Positions 9,713 through 19,300 of a stretch of 32,895 bases of DNA are shown here, piece by piece. Numbering within the stretch: the first letter of the stretch is position 1; each line of letters begins with the position of its first letter. The stretch is from Bacteroidota bacterium (GTDB lineage Bacteria; Bacteroidota; Bacteroidia; UKL13-3). The DNA lies in assembly GCA_040385895.1 (NCBI GenBank), contig JAZKGM010000166.1, forward strand, positions 1 to 32,895. The letters run 5' to 3'. The translations under genes were made by a program, and so were the position numbers. A model generated the notes under the pieces. The model saw only the letters and a program-made list of their open reading frames with translations, did no database searches and had not been told where the DNA came from.

Positions 9713-9784
9713 AGATATTTATCCATTATTAGTTAACATCATATTGCTTATTCAAGTCTAAAATAATAATGGATGTACATATCT
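9713..9784. repeat. Imperfect inverted repeat upstream of uvrA
   Basis: AGATAT-tt-ATCCATTATTA (9713-9731), 32-nt spacer, TAATAATGGAT-gtac-ATATCT (9764-9784). The 11-bp core is perfect. Confidence 0.55.
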
Positions 9785-9807
9785 TTTTTAACCCGAAACA
9801 ATAAGTG

Positions 9808-9815
9808 TATTTTCG
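9808..9815 (+). promoter_or_regulatory. Promoter -7 box variant for uvrA
   Basis: TATTTTCG, 33 nt upstream of the ATG at 9849. The same variant precedes dut. Confidence 0.5.
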
Positions 9816-9848
9816 TGGCTTGTAAAGAAAAAGGTTTCAAACCAATTC

Positions 9849-12722
9849 ATGGCTAAAAAGAATACACCCGCCAAAGCTGATGCTGCAGGCGAAGATGAAT
9901 ATATAGAAGTACTAGGCGCACGCGAACATAATTTAAAGAACATTGACGTACGCATTCCCAGGAACAAACTCGTTACCATTACCGGGTTAAGCGGCAGCGG
10001 AAAATCATCGCTGGCTTTCGATACCATTTTTGCCGAAGGGCAACGCAGGTACATGGAAAGCTTTTCGGCCTATGCGCGCCAGTTCATCGGCAACATGGAG
10101 CGGCCCGATGTAGATAAGATCAACGGCCTTTCACCGGTAATTTCCATCGAGCAGAAAACGGTGAATAAGAACCCGCGTTCCACCGTAGGAACCATTACCG
10201 AGATCTACGATTTTATGCGCTTGCTTTTTGCACGCGCTGCCGATGCATACAGTTATGTGAGCGGTGAAAAAATGGTGAAGATGACGGAAGAGCAGATCAT
10301 TACCACCATCATCCGGCAGTTCGAGCATAAAAAGATCTCTATTCTTGCACCTTTGGTAAAAGGCCGCAAAGGCCATTACCGGGAGCTGTTCGAGCAGATC
10401 CGCAAGCAAGGCTTTACCAAGGTAAGGCTGGATGGAGAAGTGAAAGAGATCACCCCTAAAATGCAGGCCGACCGGTATAAGATCCATGATATAGAAGTGC
10501 TGATCGACAGGGTGGATGCAAAAAAAGATGCGCGTTTCCGCATTGGTGAAAGTGTGAAGAGTGCATTAAAGATGGGAAAAGGCACGCTGGTTTTACTGGA
10601 GGGTGAAGGCAGGAATGAAAAACCTTTTCATTACAGTAAGTTTTTAATGGATCCCGGGAGCGGCATTAGTTATGACGAACCGCAGCCCAACACCTTTTCA
10701 TTCAATTCGCCATACGGAGCCTGCCCGAAATGCGATGGACTGGGTGTGGTGAGCAAACTGGATGAAAGCAACATCATACCCGATAAAAAGCTCAGCATAA
10801 ACAAAGGTGCAATAACACCTTTAGGTGAGCCACGCGATAACTGGACCTTTTTACAGCTGCGCGAAATAGCCAAGCGGCATAAGTTCAGTTTTGCCGATCC
10901 TGTAGAAAAGATCAGCCGCGAAGCGCTTGATGTGATCCTGCATGGCAGCGATGAAACCCTTGTTATTCCATACACCTATAATAGCGGGTACACACAAAAC
11001 TACAACAGCACCTGGGAGGGCCTGATCCCTTTTATTACCAGGCATTACCACGAAAAAAGCTCTGACTCGGTGGTGAAATGGGCCGAAGAATTTATGACCA
11101 TTGATACCTGCCCCGAATGCCATGGGGCACGTTTAAAACAAGAGTCGCTGCATTATAAGATCGGGGGTAAGAACATTTCAGAACTTGCTGCCTTAGAAAT
11201 AACTCCCCTGGGAAAATGGTTTGATGAAATTGAAAAAGACCTGGATGCCAAACAGAAAAAAATTGCTGCTGAAATTTTAAAAGAGATCCGCAGCCGCATA
11301 AAGTTTTTAATAGGCGTTGGCATCGACTACTTAACCTTAAACTCACCTGCGCGCACTTTAAGCGGTGGCGAAGCGCAACGCATTCGGCTTGCCACACAGA
11401 TCGGTTCGCAGCTGGTTGGGGTATTGTATATTTTAGATGAGCCAAGCATAGGCCTGCACCAGCGCGATAACAACCGCTTAATTGATTCATTAAAAGAACT
11501 GCGCGATGTAGGGAACAGTGTAATTGTAGTGGAACATGATAAGGATATGATGGCCGAAAGCGATTACATTCTTGATATTGGTTACGGGGCCGGAATTCAT
11601 GGCGGGCATATTGCAGCCCAGGGTTCATGGGAAGATATTCTCAGATCGGATTCGGTTACTGCACAATACCTCAACGGGAAAAAATCAATTGAAATTCCAA
11701 AGCAAAGAAGAAAAGGCAACGGAAAAAAACTGGTGCTGAAAGGTGCAACGGGCAATAACCTGAAAAATGTTTCGGTGGAGTTTCCTTTGGGTAAATTTAT
11801 AGCGGTAACCGGGGTAAGCGGAAGCGGTAAGTCAAGCCTGGTCAACGAAACGTTGTACCCTATTTTGCAGCAACACTTTTACAACTCGCACCAGAAGCCT
11901 TTGCCTTATAAAAAAATCGAAGGCCTGGAGCATGTAGATAAGGTGATTGATATTGACCAGAGCCCGATAGGCCGCACCCCGAGAAGCAACCCAGCTACTT
12001 ATGTAGAAGTGTTTGCCAACATCCGCGACCTGTTTGCCAACCTTCCCGAAGCAAAGATCAGGGGTTATAAGCCTGGCCGTTTTTCGTTCAATGTTAAAGG
12101 CGGGCGTTGCGAAACCTGCCAGGGAGCCGGCATGCGCACCATCGAAATGAATTTTTTACCCGATGTGTATGTGAAGTGTGAAACGTGTAACGGCAAACGT
12201 TATAACCGCGAAACACTGGAAGTGCGTTTTAAAGGCAAATCCATAAACGATGTGCTGGACATGAGCATTGAAGAAGCGGTGAAATTTTTCGAACATACCC
12301 CGCAGATCCTTCGCAAGATCGAAGCGATGAATGATGTGGGCCTTGGTTACATTACTTTGGGACAGCAAAGCACAACGCTTAGCGGTGGCGAAGCACAACG
12401 CGTGAAGCTGGCCACCGAGCTGAGCAAACGCGATACCGGCAATACGTTTTATATTTTAGATGAACCAACCACGGGCCTGCATTTTGAAGACGTGCGTGTG
12501 TTGCTTGATGTATTGCAAAAGCTGGTTGATAAAGGAAACACGGTGCTTGTTATTGAGCACAACCTGGATATGGTTAAAGTGGCCGACCATGTGATCGATG
12601 TGGGATCGGAAGGCGGGAAATACGGGGGAGAGATCCTGTGTGTGGGTACACCCGAAGAGATCTGCAAAGAAAAAAGGAGCCATACCGGTAAGTTCTTAAA
12701 GAAAGAGCTGGGAATAAAGTAG
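9849..12722 (+). CDS. uvrA: Excinuclease ABC subunit A
   Basis: GAREHNLKNI; two Walker A motifs (GLSGSGKSS, GVSGSGKSS); two LSGGEAQR signatures; LDEP Walker B; CxxC zinc fingers; 957 aa. Confidence 0.98.
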   Translation: MAKKNTPAKADAAGEDEYIEVLGAREHNLKNIDVRIPRNKLVTITGLSGSGKSSLAFDTIFAEGQRRYMESFSAYARQFIGNMERPDVDKINGLSPVISIEQKTVNKNPRSTVGTITEIYDFMRLLFARAADAYSYVSGEKMVKMTEEQIITTIIRQFEHKKISILAPLVKGRKGHYRELFEQIRKQGFTKVRLDGEVKEITPKMQADRYKIHDIEVLIDRVDAKKDARFRIGESVKSALKMGKGTLVLLEGEGRNEKPFHYSKFLMDPGSGISYDEPQPNTFSFNSPYGACPKCDGLGVVSKLDESNIIPDKKLSINKGAITPLGEPRDNWTFLQLREIAKRHKFSFADPVEKISREALDVILHGSDETLVIPYTYNSGYTQNYNSTWEGLIPFITRHYHEKSSDSVVKWAEEFMTIDTCPECHGARLKQESLHYKIGGKNISELAALEITPLGKWFDEIEKDLDAKQKKIAAEILKEIRSRIKFLIGVGIDYLTLNSPARTLSGGEAQRIRLATQIGSQLVGVLYILDEPSIGLHQRDNNRLIDSLKELRDVGNSVIVVEHDKDMMAESDYILDIGYGAGIHGGHIAAQGSWEDILRSDSVTAQYLNGKKSIEIPKQRRKGNGKKLVLKGATGNNLKNVSVEFPLGKFIAVTGVSGSGKSSLVNETLYPILQQHFYNSHQKPLPYKKIEGLEHVDKVIDIDQSPIGRTPRSNPATYVEVFANIRDLFANLPEAKIRGYKPGRFSFNVKGGRCETCQGAGMRTIEMNFLPDVYVKCETCNGKRYNRETLEVRFKGKSINDVLDMSIEEAVKFFEHTPQILRKIEAMNDVGLGYITLGQQSTTLSGGEAQRVKLATELSKRDTGNTFYILDEPTTGLHFEDVRVLLDVLQKLVDKGNTVLVIEHNLDMVKVADHVIDVGSEGGKYGGEILCVGTPEEICKEKRSHTGKFLKKELGIK

Positions 12723-12731
12723 AGAAGAGTG

Positions 12732-12782
12732 AAATTCTAAATTCGAAAATTCAAATTCGAAAGGAAGAACAATAATTCGAAA
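12732..12782. repeat. Short AAATTC(G/T) heptamer tandem repeats
   Basis: AAATTCT AAATTCG A AAATTC AAATTCG (12732-12759), plus TAATTCGAAA (12773-12782), just after the uvrA stop. Confidence 0.6.
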
Positions 12783-12790
12783 AATAAAGA

Positions 12791-13201
12791 ATGACCATTG
12801 CCTCACGATCAGCTATGAATGATAAATTTCCTGCATTGGTCCTCTTGCAATTCCTGCTTTATTTTTTAGCGGGCATCAATCATTTTATCAATCCGCAGTT
12901 TTATTTAAAGCTGATCCCTCCGTATATTCCATTTCATGAAGCCATGAATGTCATCAGCGGTATTGCAGAAATTGTACTTGCCTTATTGTTGTTACATCAA
13001 CCCGCGAGAAAGTTTGCTTCTGTTATCATCGTGCTGATGCTGCTTGTTTTTATAACGGTGCATGTGTATTACATACAGGTAAACCCTTGTACCCCGGCTG
13101 ATTGCATCTTTTTCGGGATCGGCTGGGCCAGGCTGCTGATCGTTCATCCTTTACTGATCTATTGGGCCTGGAAAGCAGGATCCCTTGCCGGTCATAAGTA
13201 G
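12791..13201 (+). CDS. DoxX-like membrane protein
   Basis: LYFLAGINHFINPQFYLKLIPPYIP...SGIAEIVLALLLL pattern with about four TM helices. The start could be 12815. Confidence 0.8.
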   Translation: MTIASRSAMNDKFPALVLLQFLLYFLAGINHFINPQFYLKLIPPYIPFHEAMNVISGIAEIVLALLLLHQPARKFASVIIVLMLLVFITVHVYYIQVNPCTPADCIFFGIGWARLLIVHPLLIYWAWKAGSLAGHK

Positions 13202-13267
13202 TGCGTTTCGCTATTTCTTAAATAAAACTTAACATGGTTTTTTAATCCTAAATGACTGGTGTTTAAT

Positions 13268-13275
13268 TATATTTG
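13268..13275 (+). promoter_or_regulatory. Promoter -7 box for the large T9SS protein gene
   Basis: TATATTTG matches TAnnTTTG and contains the ORF-track TTG start, which argues that the real start is ATG 13309. Confidence 0.65.
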
Positions 13276-13308
13276 CGCGATTTTAAACTTAATTTTAACA
13301 ATTTATTG

Positions 13309-16300
13309 ATGTTACCCATTACTAAACCCCACAAACTAAGGTTGTTTCTTTTAACCTTGGTTTCTTTTTGTGCAGCTTCTGTTTATGCGCAGGTTCCCAC
13401 AATTGCTTCTTTTAGCCCCGCAAGCGGGCAGGTTACCAGTTTGGTTACCATAACAGGTACAAACTTTAACGCCACAGCTGCGAACAACCTCGTGTATTTT
13501 GGCAACAGGAAAGCACTTGTTTCCTCGGCCACAACCAGCAGTATTGTTGTGCAGGTTCCGGCAGGTGCGCCTAATGAAAAAATTTATGTTACTGTTGGGG
13601 GCAAAACATGCGTTAGTCCCAACACGTTTAAATTAACTGTTGGTGTTCCCACAGCCATTAATTCAACCACGTTCCTTTCACCGGCCTACTACACGTTAAC
13701 GTCAAGTACAGAAGACCACCGGTTGGCAACGGGAGACTTTGATAATGACGGGAAACATGAAGTGGTATGCGGGGCAATAAGCGGAACAGGGGTATATATT
13801 GCAAGGAACACGAGCGTTCCTGGCACTATTTCATTTGCAGCCACACAGCTTATTGCAAATATACCACAGTCGGTTAACGCCAATGTAGCTGATTTTGACG
13901 GGGATGGTTCGCAGGACCTGTTAATAAGCAATGGTACCACGCAAACTTCTGTTTTAAGAAATACATCAACAACCGGGTCGATTAGTTTTACCAGTGCGCT
14001 GGTGCTATCGCACAGCAACAAAAGCTATGCGTTGGGCACGGCAGATCTAAATAATGATGGATTAACAGATATTGTTGTTGGAAATTATTCGAATAACACC
14101 ATAACCTGCTTCCTCAATAGCAGCAGTGGCCCCGGTTTTATCAGCTTCGCTTCGCCTTTTTCATTCACCACTCCTTTTTCTCCATGGGATATTCATGTTA
14201 ATGATTTTGACGGGGACGGAATGCAGGATGTTGCGGTTTTAGCTTACAGCAGCTCCGTGGCTTGTATTTTAAGGAACCTGACAAGTACAGGAAGCAGCAC
14301 GGTTTCTTTTGCCAGTCCGGTATCGCTGTCTGGCCAGAATATTTCGGGCTACAGCACGGTAAGGTCTAAAGATATTAATGGTGACAATCGTCCTGATATA
14401 GTGATAGGCAGCGAAAACTCCACCATTTCTGTATTCCAGAATAATTCCACACCGGGCACCCTGTCATTTAACACGGCTTTTAATATCACTTTACCGAGTG
14501 GAACAGGCACATCTGTTGATATAGAAGACATAAACGGAGACGGATTTAATGATGTGATTGCAATGAGCGGAACATCCGCATCTGTAATGCAATCGACCGG
14601 GAGTACCGGAACCATTAACAGCTCCACCTTTCAATCTGCAGTTACCTTAAGCGGAACATCAAACACGTTGTTGTTCGGAAAAGTGATCGATGTTGATAAC
14701 GATGGCCGGAAAGACCTTTTAGGCAATTACCAGGGCACGAACCAATACGCAATAAGGCGTTATAATCTTGTGTGTCCTTCACCGGCAGTTACCACCCAGC
14801 CTGTCAGCGTGGCATCATGTGCAGGCTCGGGAGCTACTTTTACGGTTCAGGCAGCTGCAACAGGCACTGTTACTTATCAATGGCGTAAAAACGGGGTTAA
14901 TATTTCCGGTGCTACCCAGCCTTCATATACCATTTCATCGGTTATTGCTGCCGACAGCGGAAACTATTCGGTGGCGATCAGCGATAGTTGCGTGGTTAAC
15001 CACAGTGCCTCAACAACCATATCACTGGATGCAAAACTGATCATCTCAGGCGGTCCGTTTATCAGCAGCCAGCCAACAGATGCTTCTGCATGCGGAGGTG
15101 CTGTTTCTTTGCGACCTGTGGTGTATACCAATAACGGAACCACTACTTATCAATGGACCAAAAACGGCTCACCGCTGGCCGGTGCCACCCAGCCTGTTTT
15201 GAGCTTAAATTCAACAAGCATTGCTGATACCGGTTTATACCAGTTAAACATCACCAACAGCTGCGGCTCTGTTTCATCTTCGGCAGCACGTATTACTTAT
15301 ACCGCTATACCGGTTCCTGTTGCGGCCAATGGAACCACATGCAGCCCAACCAGCTCTGTTTTTTTAAGCAACCCGGCAACCGTGCCTTCTTCGCACATCA
15401 CACGGTGGTATGATGACGCAGCCTTTACCGTGCTATTGGCCAGCGGACCGAGTTTTTCAAAAGTATATAGCGGGCAGGATACGGTTTATGCGCGCAATGA
15501 ATACAATACAGCCATTTTATCAGGAGTTTATTCAGTTGATCACAACGCGTATTCGGGCGATGATAATTCAGCCATTGCTGCCACTAAAAAGTATTATTAT
15601 TATGTGGGTGACCTTGGCACTGTTCGTTGTGACATGCCTGGCTTAACCAATCCTGTTGTTTACACCAAACGCGATGCGATCGTATCAACCTATGGCGGAA
15701 CAGGTGCTTTATACAGTTTAGGAACTTCAACAGGTATCTGGGGAACGTTTAGCACTGCTACCCCTGCTACACACATCTGGCAGGTTGATTCGGTGCTGAA
15801 CCCGATCGCAGGAACAGGCGTTGCACTATCCATTGGTGCAATAAGCACACAAACGGGCAGCTTTTTAGCAGGCGGTCCTGATTTTATTTTATACAAATCG
15901 GGCAGTGTAATATTTAAAATTAACCCTGCAACAGGCCTGGTTACCACGTTATCAAGCAACCTCACCAACTTTGTTCCATTCCCTTCCGAGTCCGCATGGG
16001 CTGCCTGGGGTTTTGCGGAAGAGATAGGGGGAAACCATTACATCACGTACCATTCAAATTCGGTATACACGAATGGCATCACCCGTTATTATGTAGAAGG
16101 CAATTCAAACCTGCCGGTTTTTGATCCGGGAAGCACGGCTGTGGTTGGCGACCTGGCTGCAATTGCCAATGCGCCATGGTATGGCAGGTGGTACTTTAAG
16201 CATGAAGGTGCAATTGCGAGCACTGCATCAACCGGAATGCTGGAACCATCAAGCTATTGCGATGCACCAATGCGTTTCAATACAGCTGTTTGTAATTCAG

Positions 16301-19300
16301 CGGTAGATACAGTTGTTATTAATTCAACCATACCGGTTGTTACACGGAATCCCGCACCTTTATCTGCCTGTGCAGGTGGTCCGGCTATGTTCACCGTAGC
16401 ATCCACAGGGGCTAACCTCACTTATGTATGGCGTAAGAACGGGATCAATATTACAAACAGCAATAATGACACACTGATCTTTAATAATGTTTCTTATACC
16501 GATACGGCTGACTACACTGTTTCGATCAACAATACCTGTATTAACGTACTTTCAGCTTCCGCCAAGCTAAGCATTACCGGTGTGAACATTACCACTCAAC
16601 CGGTGAATACAAGAAACTGTGCGGGAGAACCTGTTTCTTTATCGGTTGTAGCTACAGGAAGAGGAACCATGACCTACCAGTGGAAAAAGAACACGGTGAA
16701 TGTAAGCGGTGCCAATTCAGCGACCTTAAATATAGCCTCTCTCACACCTGCTGATGCAGGTAGTTATACCGTTGCAGTAACAGATAGCTGTAACATCCCG
16801 GTTCTTTCGGCTGCGGCTTCCTTATCGATCTCAACCGGGCCATTGGTTACATCCATAAGCCCGAATACAACAGCTTGTATAAATAATACGGTAAGCCTTA
16901 ATGTTGTGGCCAGTGGTAATGGTAACCTTACTTACCAATGGCGCAGGAACGGAACAGGAATAACAGGGGCAAATGCCGCTACTTATACCATTAACAGTTT
17001 TGCCACCAGCGATGCCGGTACTTATTCTGTAGCGATTAACGACAATTGCGGCCAGGCCATTTCCGGCAACATTTCATTAAGCCAGCAGGTAATTGCAGCG
17101 CCAGTGGTTATCGACAGAACTTTTTGTTCGGCAACCACTTCGTTAACGCATACGAACAGCGCGAGCGTGCCGGGTGGTTATATTACCCGCTGGTACGATG
17201 ATGACTCACTAAAAACGATCATCGGAACAGGAACTTCCATCAGTAAGTTTTATGGCGGAACAGATACCATTTATGCCAGGAACGAACCCACATCATCTGT
17301 TTTATCAGGCGCCTATTCGGTGGAGCATGATCCATACACGGGAGACGACAGGGGCGGAATTGCAGTGACCCAGAATTATTACTACTATGTTGGAGATGGC
17401 AACACCGTAAGGTTCCGTATGCCGGGCCTCACAAACCCAACCTCTTTAACAATGCGCGATGGCATTATTGCCACTTATGGCGGGGCCGGTGCATTATATA
17501 GTCTTGGTACTTCCACTGCCCCTTGGGGCACGAATGCGAGCAACGCCACACATATCTGGGCCCTCGATTCGAATTTAAACGCTGTAACGGGTTCGGGTGT
17601 TGCATTAAATGGTGTGATCACCAACCTGGTTACTAACGGTGGTATGATGGTATCGGGAGAGGATTATATTTTATACCAGAATGCCAGCTCAGGATTCATT
17701 TATAAGATCAACCCGTCAACAGGCGCTGTAACGGTAGCGGCCACAACCTCATTTAACCTCAACAGGTATACGAGTGAAAGCTGGGCAAGTTGGGGTTTTG
17801 CCGAAAAATCAGGAGCCAATCATTATATCACGTATCGTTCGGGAGATGGTAATTTGTCTAAATTTCACGTAGAAGGAAATACATCTCAGGTAATATTTAC
17901 AGAGACCCCTTATTCGCTTAGTGATATGGCTTGCATTTCTTATGCACCGTGGTATGGCCGTTTGTATTTTCACCACGAGGGAAGCACGCCTTTAACGGCA
18001 TCTTCGTTCAATGAAACGGCCGGGTACTGCGATGCACCTATGCGCTTTGCAAATACCGGTTGTTATTCGGCAGTAGATACTATTTTTATCATAGCAGGTT
18101 CACCTGTAATAAACCTTCAGCCGCAAAGCCAGGTAAATTGTGCGGGTACGCTTGCACGTTTTGTGGTGCGTACCTCAGGCAGCGGAACGCTTACTTACCA
18201 ATGGCGTAAAAGTGGCGTTAATATTTCTGGCGCTACTGATGATACATTAACCATAGCACTTACTTCTGTTGCTGATACCGGGGATTATGCGGTGGTTATA
18301 ACAAATACCTGCGGCAGCATTACTTCTAATACAGCACGGTTAACTGTAAAAGGTGTTGCCATCACAACACAACCTGTCAATATCCGCAACTGTATGGGCG
18401 AGCCGGTATCATTAACCGTTGCCGCAACAGGTACGGGAACACTTAGCTACCAATGGCGCAAGAATGGCATCAACGTATCGGGCGCAACAGCTGCTACTTA
18501 TAACATGACAGCCTTGTCGCCTTTAGATACGGGCACATATACCGTGCGTGTTACGGATAGCTGTAACATCCCGGTAACATCGGCATCTGTGTATGTCAGC
18601 ATTTCAACCGGGCCTTCCATGTCGAATGTAAGCCCTTCAACAACAGTATGCCGTGGCTCATCAATCACGCTAAGCGCTACTGTGAGCGGCAATGGCACCA
18701 TCACACACCAATGGCGCAAAAATGGTTCTGCTGTTTCGGGCGCAAACTCAGGCAGCTATGCCATAACTAATTTTTCTGCCAGCGATACGGGCAATTATGT
18801 ATTGGTATCGAATGATAATTGCGGGCAAACCATCTCGTCAACCATTAATGTCAGCTTACTGATCGTTGCTGCTCCGGAGGTAAATAACAACTCGGTATGT
18901 ACTGCGGGTAATTCGGTGAGCCTTACCAATACTGTTGCAACCCCTTCGGGTTACACCACCAAATGGTATGATGATGCAGCCATGACTGTTTTACTCGGAA
19001 GCGGTCCGCTTTTAGTAAGAACCATCAATGCACCGGATACTTTTTATGTAAGGAACGAAAACGCGTCAGTCACCTGTGTTTCGGCAACAGATACCGTATA
19101 TGTTACCATCACTTCTTCCAACACCTGGACCGGGGCTTCAAATACCAACTGGTTCAATGCCACGAACTGGAGCTGTGGTGTGGTTCCCAATGCGTCAAGC
19201 AATGCGGTGATCCCGGCAGGAACTGTAAATAGCCCGGTGATCAATACCGGTTTAACGGCAAACGTGAACGCGCTGAATATTGCAAGCGGGGCCACGGTTA

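Noticed and set aside
9704-9714. CTGTATAACAG upstream of uvrA as an SOS box
   Set aside because: The spacer is 3 nt rather than the 8 nt of CTGT-N8-ACAG, and that motif is proteobacterial.
13273-13308. Upstream ORF-track starts at 13273, 20814, 28414 and 32429
   Set aside because: They overlap or lie beyond promoter boxes, or extend far into the neighbouring gene. Downstream ATGs give better N-termini.
15502-18060. The nested inserts as inteins, since each is followed by a Cys
   Set aside because: There is no N-terminal Cys/Ser block, no terminal His-Asn and no Hint or LAGLIDADG motif. The Cys is also present in the empty Ig copy as a normal structural residue.
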